Source of the DNA: a virus
Taxonomy: Duplodnaviria; Caudoviricetes
Length of the DNA stretch: 64,000 nucleotides
Reading direction: 5' to 3' (one strand)
IMG/VR virus record: IMGVR_UViG_2871871566_000003
Span: 11,671 to 75,670 of that record
Positions 47,290-55,793 of this stretch are shown piece by piece; position 1 is the stretch's first letter, and each line of letters starts with the position of its first letter. The translations under genes and the position numbers were made by a program. Under the pieces are notes generated by a model. The model searched no databases and was not told the origin of the DNA. It saw only the letters and a list, made by a program, of their open reading frames with translations.

Positions 47290-48822
47290 TTAATCTACGT
47301 GAAACTTATTCTTTGTCGTATGACTCTTTGTAGTCTTGCCCTTGTTGCCCTTCGAAGTAATAGTAACAACGCTACCTCTTGTTGCCTTTGGAGCCGATGT
47401 CGTACTTGTCTCATTATACATATAATGATTCTTCAACAAAGTTCTGAAAGAATCACCCTTCTTTCCAGGCATATTTGCAGCATAGGCAATCCAATAATTC
47501 TGCAAGTCATTGGCATTCTTTGAATCACCCGAACTTACATAGTTCTTCCAAGCATCAAGATTCGTCTTATTGATATATCCGTTCTTGATCAAGTGCTGAG
47601 TAATCTGATTCTTCTCGATAGCGTTTAGATCATACGTTCTGTTCAAGTGTCCTGTTGGAGAGGAGAGATTGGTAAGCTTGCCGCTCTTTCCACCGCCGCC
47701 ACCAGAAGCAATAGAATGAGACAACCTTGCTCTTGCTATACTATTCTTTTCCTGAGCTAGAACGATTCGAGCTGCACCTTGAGATTCAAAAACTTTATTG
47801 TGTCTTACTGTCTCATTGAACTTTTTGGTAGAAAGTTCATGGTCGAACTTGTCATTATCAAGCTGTCTTTGCAAACCTGCAGTCTTGAAGTTTCTGTTGA
47901 ACTCATCGTTCTTTGCTGCACGTTCTTCCGCTTTCTGCTTGTAACCCAACATAGTTTCCTGATAAACCTTGTCTGCCTGTGCAGCAGCACTCTTAAGGTC
48001 GAGGTTTGCCTGCTTATAGGCAGCATCCGCATCAAGGGCAGCCTGTTTCTGTCTCTGAGCCTTGCGGTCCTGATACCCCTGTTCCATCATGGCAGTAGGG
48101 TCGTTGAACACCTGCAGAGGCGCACCCTTCGAAGTGTTGACGATGTTTCCAATATGTCTGATAGCATCGGCAAAGGCAGCGATATTCTCACGGTTGGTAG
48201 TGATTCTGCGGTCATACTCATCTGGAGTCTCGCCCTCACGCATTCCCGGTCTGCTCTTCGGCATAACCTTGCCGAGCCAACTGAAAAAGCCGCCATCCCT
48301 CTGTTTAGGATCAGCCTCAAACTCTGGAACCTGCTGTTCCTGCGGCATCTGGAAACCGCTCAGAGCAGTAGAAAGCGTATCATAGCGAGGTGTTCCGTCA
48401 GCATTCCAACCGGTAGAAGGCTGCGGCATTCCCTCAAAGTTACTCTGAGGCTGAGGAGTATTCTCTGCAGCATCGCCCATATAAGGAGTCAGTACTGGTC
48501 CCAAGGCAGGGTTTGCATTACCGCTTCCCTGCGGAACGAACTCTTCCTGCTTCGGCATCTGGGTGAAGTCTGTAATAGGTGCTGCGCCAGTCTGAACAGG
48601 CTGAGCCTCAAACTTACCGGTAGCACCGCCTCCATTCCCGAAGAAGTTAACGCCTGCGGTACCGCCATTACCCCCCGCGGCTCCTCCGTTGCCTCCATTC
48701 ATCACCTGATCATAATCGGGATATTTCGCCCTCATCATATCATGCACAGCCTCAGGATAGCCGCCGATAGTTACTGGCTTCTTCCTAGGCTGCTGCGTAT
48801 TCTGATTATTGTTTACTGCCAT
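47290..48822 (-). CDS. Probable internal virion (ejection) protein
   Basis: G/N/Q/P-rich disordered N-terminus and coiled coil; directly upstream of the giant gene. Confidence 0.65.
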   Translation of the reverse strand: MAVNNNQNTQQPRKKPVTIGGYPEAVHDMMRAKYPDYDQVMNGGNGGAAGGNGGTAGVNFFGNGGGATGKFEAQPVQTGAAPITDFTQMPKQEEFVPQGSGNANPALGPVLTPYMGDAAENTPQPQSNFEGMPQPSTGWNADGTPRYDTLSTALSGFQMPQEQQVPEFEADPKQRDGGFFSWLGKVMPKSRPGMREGETPDEYDRRITTNRENIAAFADAIRHIGNIVNTSKGAPLQVFNDPTAMMEQGYQDRKAQRQKQAALDADAAYKQANLDLKSAAAQADKVYQETMLGYKQKAEERAAKNDEFNRNFKTAGLQRQLDNDKFDHELSTKKFNETVRHNKVFESQGAARIVLAQEKNSIARARLSHSIASGGGGGKSGKLTNLSSPTGHLNRTYDLNAIEKNQITQHLIKNGYINKTNLDAWKNYVSSGDSKNANDLQNYWIAYAANMPGKKGDSFRTLLKNHYMYNETSTTSAPKATRGSVVTITSKGNKGKTTKSHTTKNKFHVD

Positions 48823-48862
48823 AGCTAATCTTTATAATCTATAGTAACCGTGTGACCTTCCT

Positions 48863-50011
48863 CTAGAGCCTTACGAACAACTCCAGAATTTCATCCAACT
48901 CAACCTCCTCAGGGCTATCCTCTGTAGGATGAGTATCTTTGAAAGGAGAACAATTTTTCTGGTTCGTTACTGCTCCAACAGAATCGTCTCTGATAAGAGA
49001 AAGTTTCTTCTCCTCTTCCTCGCTAAAATCAAACAGCTGAGGGTTGAAACTGTAGCCATTCGCTAAGCGGCGATATTCTTTGAAGTCTTTTAATGATACT
49101 ACTGGTTTATAACTAACTATAACCTTTGCCATCTTCCGAATCATCTTTACAGCTTCAATACCGTATTCACGATACTCCTTAGAACCTTTACGAACATCTT
49201 CAACCAGCTTGGTCTTCTCTTCCAACTCCTTCTTGGTAGCCGCCAGTTCATTACCTAAGTCGGCAATCACCTCGTCCTTCTCTGCAATCACCTTCTCTTT
49301 GTATGCGAGAGCACTCTCGGCACTCTTTAAAGCCCGAGCATCAATCTCGTCAACAATCTTGGCTGCAAGCTTCTTCTTCAACTTCTCATTCTCCCCAACA
49401 TACTTAAGACCTAACTCGTCAAGATTCTTCTCACGAATCTTTGTAAGGCGAAGTTCCTCGTTTTTATCACATAACTCCTGTGATAAATCCAGATTCTCGC
49501 CGAACATCTTAATCTTTCCTCTTAGGTGTCTAGAACATTCCTTCCGAAACTCCTCAATCTTCATGTTCTTCTTGTGGATGATCTTGTTCAGTCGGGTAAT
49601 CTTTTCAGTGAGACGCTTAATCTTCTTCGACTGATCATCCAACAAGGCATCGTTGAACTGGGAGGCTGCTTCCTCAAGGGCAGGGTTCCCTTCATTAAGA
49701 ACATGTTTGTAGTAAAAATCATCTTTTGGAGAGGTTGAAGGGTAAATGATAACTTTATTTCCCTCTGGCTGCTCTTCAACAGGAGTCTTGGTGTTCTTTC
49801 CATACTCCTTCTTCAAGCGGGCTTCTCGCTCATCCCATTCTGTAGGAGACAAGCCAACAGTCCATCTATTTGCATTGGCAACCTTTATGGCTTCGCAAAC
49901 TTCTGGCTTCTCAAATTCTCTTATCGCACCATTCTGGTATATGACTTTCTTCGCCAAAACCAAGTGGAAACCTTCTTTCTCCAATATCTTCTTTGCTTCT
50001 TCTAATGTCAT
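48863..50011 (-). CDS. Coiled-coil hypothetical protein
   Basis: 382 aa, K/E-rich heptads. Confidence 0.75.
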   Translation of the reverse strand: MTLEEAKKILEKEGFHLVLAKKVIYQNGAIREFEKPEVCEAIKVANANRWTVGLSPTEWDEREARLKKEYGKNTKTPVEEQPEGNKVIIYPSTSPKDDFYYKHVLNEGNPALEEAASQFNDALLDDQSKKIKRLTEKITRLNKIIHKKNMKIEEFRKECSRHLRGKIKMFGENLDLSQELCDKNEELRLTKIREKNLDELGLKYVGENEKLKKKLAAKIVDEIDARALKSAESALAYKEKVIAEKDEVIADLGNELAATKKELEEKTKLVEDVRKGSKEYREYGIEAVKMIRKMAKVIVSYKPVVSLKDFKEYRRLANGYSFNPQLFDFSEEEEKKLSLIRDDSVGAVTNQKNCSPFKDTHPTEDSPEEVELDEILELFVRL

Positions 50012-50022
50012 AATCTTTTGTT

Positions 50023-50340
50023 TTAATGTTTTGAAAACTGGTTTATAATATCGTCGTATGATGCAGGAATAATGCCGTTATCTGTCTCTTTGTAATAGTA
50101 GAATTTAGGATTCCACGCCTCAGCTTCCTTCTTATTTTCTACCACTAGCACATTTCGGACTTTTCCATCCTTACGTATCAACCGAGCGTAATACTCACGT
50201 TCAGTATTTACTTTATGGTTATACTGCTCGTCCATTTCTTTTAGAAACTTCACTAAATCATCTAACGTTATCTTATTATTGCTAGACTCGAATGGCTTCT
50301 CAATCTGAGACAAAAGACCTTTTCCTATCTTTACTTCCAT
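50023..50340 (-). CDS. Hypothetical protein
   Basis: 105-aa AT-rich ORF. Confidence 0.65.
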   Translation of the reverse strand: MEVKIGKGLLSQIEKPFESSNNKITLDDLVKFLKEMDEQYNHKVNTEREYYARLIRKDGKVRNVLVVENKKEAEAWNPKFYYYKETDNGIIPASYDDIINQFSKH

Positions 50341-50574
50341 ATTATTTATGTTTAATCATTTTAACACTTCCAGAAAATTCAGGGGTGGGGAAAATCGGAA
50401 AACCGAAATCCAGAAAAAGGGGGTGGTGGGAGGCAGAATTTCTTTATTTGTATTATTCTACTATAATTTGCAACGGTGGTCAAAGGGGGTGGGGGTCTTG
50501 GGGTAGCCTGTTACGCCTCGTCCACCTTGCCTTGCCGTCCTTACCTGTAGCTCGTCCGCTCCACCTTCTAGCTG

Positions 50575-51339
50575 CTACCCAAGCCCCGACAAGCCGACTG
50601 CCTTCTTCAAGCGGTATTGGTTCTTCTCCTCGGGAGACATCATGCTCTCAGCCAAGTGGTCAGTAGCAGCAGAATGAGCGGTTCGGTCTTGTTGTGTTAC
50701 AATTGTGTTACCAATTGGCTTTCCGTTTGAGCCTAAAGTGTTGGTTTTCACCGATTTAGCCCCTTCGAGTTGTGACCCCAATTGGTTCACACCGAAATTG
50801 AACATAGCATTTGACGCATTTTGAGCCGCATCGCTAGTGTTCTGCGCCTTCTGCTGCTCGATTTGCTGACGCTCTCTAGACAACTGCTGAGTGTTCTGAA
50901 GGTGAGCATCCTCCACATGCTGCTTGCGAGCCGTGTCCTGTGCCGCTACGTTGGCTATCGTGTCGCCCATAGCCTTGTTAGCTGCTTCCTTCGCCATCGC
51001 TACACTTGCGGCAGTTCCACCGCCAACGGCAGCAGCACCATCAGCCTTGCGAACATACTCGTCCTGTACTTCCTTTGCCCTCCTCATGAGGTTCTGACCC
51101 GCTTTCGTGTCGAGGTAGTCCGTGTTGTAGTTCTTGTCGTACCATGCCTTCTCAGCGTTCGTTCTGTACTTGTTCTCGGCTGCTGCCCTTCTAGCTGCCT
51201 TCTTAGCCTTGTTAGCACCGAAGAGAGAGGATGCAACACCGCCCGCCAAGGCAGCAGCACCCAATATCCACTCCTTTTTGTCCGTGAGTACAGGGCAAGA
51301 GGTCAAATGCTTTGGGATTTTTGATAATATTTCCGTCAT
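50575..51339 (-). CDS. Probable ejection/DNA-pilot protein
   Basis: GAAALAGGVASSLFG glycine-zipper-like segment plus A/Q-rich coiled coil; ATG 51339 lies downstream of the late promoter. Confidence 0.7.
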   Translation of the reverse strand: MTEILSKIPKHLTSCPVLTDKKEWILGAAALAGGVASSLFGANKAKKAARRAAAENKYRTNAEKAWYDKNYNTDYLDTKAGQNLMRRAKEVQDEYVRKADGAAAVGGGTAASVAMAKEAANKAMGDTIANVAAQDTARKQHVEDAHLQNTQQLSRERQQIEQQKAQNTSDAAQNASNAMFNFGVNQLGSQLEGAKSVKTNTLGSNGKPIGNTIVTQQDRTAHSAATDHLAESMMSPEEKNQYRLKKAVGLSGLG

Positions 51340-51366
51340 AATTGCAATTATTTGATGTTTCGAGGG

Positions 51367-51408
51367 CAAATATATAATATTTGAAGGTTCGTTTTGCCGT
51401 GTTCCAAC
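51367..51408 (-). promoter_or_regulatory. Putative late promoter of the ejection/polyvalent operon
   Basis: GTTGGAACACGGCAAA (51408-51393), 18 bp, TATATTTG (51374-51367). Confidence 0.7.
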
Positions 51409-52086
51409 ATCGGTCAAAATCGCCCCAAATCCCACCAATTTCTTTCTCGGGGCGCAAATCACCCCTTTTCCTCCTCCCTCTTCGCCCTCTAGAAGCCCCA
51501 TTTTGTAAACATACGTGATTATTGTAAAGAAAAGACAAGTGATTAATAATAAGCAAGTTAGTTTCAATCACTCCCAAGGGAGAATAAAAGCAAGATGTAA
51601 AGAAAGTTCTTATTTCATAAAAGAAGATTATTTGCAAACAAAAAAGAGTGTTTGCATTAATAGGTACGCACGCACGCAAGGAGTTCGTTAGCAAACTTTA
51701 ACTAGCCGTATTCAGCCTTCTTGAATGATTTTCACCCACAATCAACGCTAAACTCGCTCATTTCTGAAGATTTTTGCGATTTTCTGGCAGTTGGTCGGGT
51801 TTTCTCCCAAATTCGTGAGTTTTGAGCCGTTTAAGAGCCATTTTTGGGCAGATTAGAGCCGATTTTGTGGGTTTTTCGTAGATTTCATGGTTTGGTGCAA
51901 GATAATGCGCTCATCTAGAAATGATGAGGTTGAAGGATGATTTAGGCGGTTTCTTCTCTTTTCTATTTTTCTAGTTGGAGAAATATTTTTTCCTAGTTAT
52001 GGAAATTGTTTTCTCTCCCTGTACTCTCTCTTTTCTCTCTCTGTTGGGTGTGTGTTCTTCTTGTAGGTGAGAGTGAAGAATCCTCG

Positions 52087-52132
52087 GGGGAGATAAGGGG
52101 GCAGCGCCCCCACGGGCGCAAGCGCCCTCCCC
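52087..52132. repeat. GC-rich three-way-junction repeat, copy 1
   Basis: GGGGAGATAAGGGGGCAGCGCCCCCACGGGCGCAAGCGCCCTCCCC. Confidence 0.8.
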
Positions 52133-52154
52133 ATGCCCTGTTGGGCTGACGCCC

Positions 52155-52469
52155 TCACCAACAGAAGTTGCAAGGCTTGTAACCTTCTTGCTCGGCTTGA
52201 TACAGGTACATTTCATCTGTATACAGGTCGTGCACACCTTTGCAGTTTTGGTCAAGATGATAGTACTTTGTACTGCTATCTGCCCAAACAATTGTTTCTT
52301 GATAGTCTTTTTCTTCTCTTGCGTCTAATTCTTCTTGCTTGCGCTCAAAATCTTCGTTCACGCTATGGAAGAACGTGCTTTTGAAGGAGTACACCAATAC
52401 AACTGCAACAAAGCAGAATCCAAGCACACCGCCTAAGAATGTGCCAACCTTACTTAAGAACTTTTTCAT
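52155..52469 (-). CDS. Membrane-anchored protein with H-x4-C...CxxC motif, co-transcribed with the repressor
   Basis: N-terminal TM; YYHLDQNC...GYKPCNFC; 4-bp overlap with the repressor. Confidence 0.75.
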   Translation of the reverse strand: MKKFLSKVGTFLGGVLGFCFVAVVLVYSFKSTFFHSVNEDFERKQEELDAREEKDYQETIVWADSSTKYYHLDQNCKGVHDLYTDEMYLYQAEQEGYKPCNFCW

Positions 52470-52762
52470 TTCGCTATAATCTTTAATTCGTCAACTTGTC
52501 TAAAGAACTCCTCCAATGTATCGGCAGTATAATGGATGCCCTTGTAGCGTACATAGCTAGCAAAGTCCTCGTTAGGTCTCTTTACTTCATCCTCGAAGAA
52601 CTCACTAACGTTCGCACCTATCACGTCAGCAACTTGACGCATAGTCTTATACGTTGGGTTGCCATTAATCATATTATTTAGGTTTACCCTATTAATACCG
52701 AGGGCGTCAGACACTTGCTTTTGTGTAAAGCCCTTACGTTTTATTATCTTAGCTATATCCAT
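52466..52762 (-). CDS. XRE-family HTH repressor
   Basis: FTQKQVSDALGINRVNLNNMINGNPTYKTMRQVADVIG. Confidence 0.85.
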   Translation of the reverse strand: MDIAKIIKRKGFTQKQVSDALGINRVNLNNMINGNPTYKTMRQVADVIGANVSEFFEDEVKRPNEDFASYVRYKGIHYTADTLEEFFRQVDELKIIAK

Positions 52763-52773
52763 AAATATCCAAT

Positions 52774-52964
52774 GTAATGTTATAATATTGGCTGCAAAGT
52801 TACATAAATATTTTGATACTACCAAATTTTTGAAGAAAAGTAACATTAAAGCACTAATAAACAGATTTTAGTGTAACGTTATGTTAATTGTGTTAAAAAA
52901 TAGGCTTGAAGTGTTAAAACACTACCTAAAAATTTGGTAGTGTAACAATAAAGCATTACATTTG
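52774..52964. promoter_or_regulatory. Divergent promoter switch with candidate operators
   Basis: Leftward TTTG/TAACTTTG and rightward TTTG (52933)/TACATTTG (52957-52964); TAACRTTA-like palindromes at about 52775, 52841, 52874 and 52943. Confidence 0.75.
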
Positions 52965-52969
52965 CACTC

Positions 52970-53310
52970 GAAATCAAGTTAGTTTGATTTCAAGAGGAAC
53001 GATGGCACGTTTAGCACTTCACGTTTAACTACCTCTATAAAAGTACAGATTAGTCTGGAAAGGCAGCAGAATAAACTGCTATAACAAAGCGTAGCGAACA
53101 ACGTCAGTTTCGTTTAGCATTTTTGGTCGTTAAAAAGGCAAGACAAAGAAGTCTCAAACACTCATCACGGAAGATGTAAAAACGCTAGTCGTGTTAGACT
53201 AGAGAAACATCGAAACACGTCAACCCACGGACGTTAAACGAAGGGAGTTAGGCTGCATGAGACTTGCAGACGTTGGGCGCAAACGTACACCTGCACTTTA
53301 TTGTAGAACA
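52970..53310 (+). ncRNA. Candidate structured non-coding RNA / early leader
   Basis: No ORF; starts right after the -7 box; ten or more short hairpins and a long-range helix 53109-53118/53233-53242. Confidence 0.55.
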
Positions 53311-53327
53311 TTTTAACAACAACGACA

Positions 53328-53504
53328 ATGGAACAAACAAAGATGTGTTTATTAGAATTGACAAAGGCTGATGCTATTGTATTAGCCAACATAATTAGAA
53401 GAACTGCAAACGAGAATCCATTTCATTGGAAGGATAGCAGCGTTGAGAAGACAAGAGACCTGTACGATAACGTACTCACTCAGTTGTACGACTATAAATA
53501 TTAA
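53328..53504 (+). CDS. 58-aa hypothetical early protein (MEQTKMCLLE...)
   Basis: Hand-translated; coupled to the next gene. Confidence 0.6.
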   Translation: MEQTKMCLLELTKADAIVLANIIRRTANENPFHWKDSSVEKTRDLYDNVLTQLYDYKY

Positions 53505-53509
53505 AGACT

Positions 53510-53908
53510 ATGGCAAAGTTAGCAGATTATTACATTTGTGACCTTCGATATACCGAAGAAGGTTACGTAATTTTAGACGAAGATGAGGTTCAACCTCAAG
53601 TATATGAAGACAATGATGAGTACATCAAAGAGTTTTGGGGAGAATATCCGTTTATCGGGAAGTTTCCTGTAATGTACAGAGGTAAACTTGTTGATGTACT
53701 TGTGTTCAAAGATTTCGAACAATACTTTGGAGTGTTCAAAGATGAAGGCAAGTGCATGAAGGACTACATAGTAGTGAAAGACTACATTTGCGAACCCGAC
53801 AGGAAACCCGAAGTTGTCGCACAATTCGACACAAGAGAAAAGGCAGAAGAGTACTCCTTAGAGCATGAAGGTTTATATTGGGTGTATGAAATGAGTAATG
53901 AATGGTAA
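53510..53908 (+). CDS. Acidic hypothetical early protein
   Basis: 132-aa ORF. Confidence 0.75.
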   Translation: MAKLADYYICDLRYTEEGYVILDEDEVQPQVYEDNDEYIKEFWGEYPFIGKFPVMYRGKLVDVLVFKDFEQYFGVFKDEGKCMKDYIVVKDYICEPDRKPEVVAQFDTREKAEEYSLEHEGLYWVYEMSNEW

Positions 53909-53916
53909 GTAACAAT

Positions 53917-53966
53917 GTGGGGAGATAAGGGGGCAGCGCCCCCACGGGGCGTACGCCCCTCCCCAC
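53917..53966. repeat. GC-rich three-way-junction repeat, copy 2
   Basis: GTGGGGAGATAAGGGGGCAGCGCCCCCACGGGGCGTACGCCCCTCCCCAC. Confidence 0.8.
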
Positions 53967-53987
53967 GCCTAAAATAAATGAGACAAT

Positions 53988-54221
53988 ATGGAAGTATATC
54001 TTTTTTATCGAACAGACGTTTGGAACTCTATTGAGAGCATGGAATTGATTTACATCGGGACTAGCAAGGAAACAAGTATCAAGAAGTTGATGAAGTTGGA
54101 CTGCGAACCCATTACGGAGGAGCAAGCCGAGGACATCAGACGGATGAACCAAAGCCAGTGCAACAATGTAGGGTATGAGTGGGTTGTGGAGGTTTGGACT
54201 CTGAACCATTTGAATAGATAA
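53988..54221 (+). CDS. Hypothetical early protein
   Basis: 77-aa ORF. Confidence 0.7.
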   Translation: MEVYLFYRTDVWNSIESMELIYIGTSKETSIKKLMKLDCEPITEEQAEDIRRMNQSQCNNVGYEWVVEVWTLNHLNR

Positions 54222-54396
54222 CTTTTAAAAACATATAGACTATGGCTAAAGAAGTTCATGTTATATTAAAGGGCGATTGCTATTCTATGAACACATATTG
54301 CAGCACCCTCAAAGAGTTTTTGGAAATGAGACATCTTAAGAGAAGTGACGTTTCCGATTGGTGGAAAGAGTAATAAACCATTAAACAATTAAGGCA

Positions 54397-54579
54397 ATGG
54401 ACAAGACAATAACACTTACGAGCGATGAGATTTCAAGCATCACTCTCGCTATATACGATAAGGTAATGAACCTTTCACAAGCAGTTCTTATTTGTGGTGC
54501 GGAACTCACACCGAATGCACAACAGAGAATTGAGAACTTAAAGGCAATCGCCCTTAAATTAAATGGTATAGAATCTTAA
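54397..54579 (+). CDS. Hypothetical early protein
   Basis: 60-aa ORF. Confidence 0.65.
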   Translation: MDKTITLTSDEISSITLAIYDKVMNLSQAVLICGAELTPNAQQRIENLKAIALKLNGIES

Positions 54580-54596
54580 AGATAGGAGATAAGAAT

Positions 54597-54842
54597 ATGA
54601 GAAAGAACAAAACTTACGAGCAGCAGAAGAAGTTCTATGACAAGAACAACGCCTACGAGAGTTTAGGGGCATTATTCTTCGAATGGCTTACTAGCGGTTA
54701 TATGACCGCAAAGCAGATGCAAGATGTGTACAGAGAAGGAACAAAGGAATGCAAGGAGTACATCTTTGAAGACTTGTTTCACCTTGTAGGACACAAAACC
54801 TTCTATCAGTTCGTTAGAATCTTCAACTTTGGCAAGAAGTAA
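54597..54842 (+). CDS. Hypothetical early protein
   Basis: 81-aa ORF. Confidence 0.7.
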   Translation: MRKNKTYEQQKKFYDKNNAYESLGALFFEWLTSGYMTAKQMQDVYREGTKECKEYIFEDLFHLVGHKTFYQFVRIFNFGKK

Positions 54843-54929
54843 CCATGGAGCGGTCAGCGAATAGAGGAGCACATCACGTTCAAGCCGTGAGACCGCACAA
54901 GTATAACAATTAAAAGAAAGGAAATTGAT

Positions 54930-55160
54930 ATGAAAGTACATCACATTGCACATTACGAGTATGGCAGCAGACCGCACTCGGAAATGAGAGAAAAGGAGTT
55001 TCCTACACGTTGGGAGGCTGAGAAGTTTTGTGAGGAATGGAGAAAAGAACATTGGTATTTTGGCGGTGCAGCATGGGCAGAAAGCATAACAGAGCCGAGA
55101 CCTATAACCGCTAACGATGTTCTCGCAGCCGCAGTAATCAAAAAGATTTTAAGATATTAA
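54930..55160 (+). CDS. Hypothetical early protein
   Basis: 76-aa ORF. Confidence 0.7.
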   Translation: MKVHHIAHYEYGSRPHSEMREKEFPTRWEAEKFCEEWRKEHWYFGGAAWAESITEPRPITANDVLAAAVIKKILRY

Positions 55161-55448
55161 GGAGGTTTAAGTTATGGACATCACAATTTATGTATTAATT
55201 TTCTTATTTGGCAGTCTTACAGGCTACAGACTGAGAGCAGCAAAAGATATGGAGGACGAGTAATATGGTTAAGTTAGAACTTACAGACGAGGAGTATGAC
55301 GCAATCAGAGCGTTACTCTACCAAACAACAACAGCAGCCTATGCAAAGGCAGTTGGGTGCGCAGTCTTCATGGCAGCACATTTGGAGTTGTTTCCAAAGA
55401 CATACAATACAATTAAAGAGATAAACAAGAAAATAAATCAGTAACAAT

Positions 55449-55766
55449 ATGAAAAAGAGAATTAAGATAGTTTTGATAGTGGCAACGATAGTTGCCCTAC
55501 CACTCATGGGAGCGCAGCAGAGCAAGAGCGAGGAGAAATCTTTGCTTGTAGACTTCATCGAGTATTGCAAGACATGTGAGAACCTTAGGCAAGTTGATCC
55601 TAACAAGGACTACACCCAAGCAACACTCCATGAGCTGAAGAATGCAGCACGTTTCTATGAGGGACAGGAGAACTTTGCCGACTGCACAGATTATCAGCAG
55701 CAAGCAAAGATAGACGAGATTATCGGCAGAACTTATGATGCAAGAATGATTAACAATAACAAGTAA
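55449..55766 (+). CDS. Exported hypothetical protein
   Basis: Signal-peptide-like N-terminus. Confidence 0.7.
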   Translation: MKKRIKIVLIVATIVALPLMGAQQSKSEEKSLLVDFIEYCKTCENLRQVDPNKDYTQATLHELKNAARFYEGQENFADCTDYQQQAKIDEIIGRTYDARMINNNK

Positions 55767-55793
55767 CAAATTTAAATTATAGGAGATAAAATT

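Noticed and set aside
50575-51567. 330-aa version of the pilot protein, and similar long N-terminal extensions at 16265, 52846 and 63476
   Set aside because: The extensions run through promoters or other genes; downstream ATGs with proper context were used instead.
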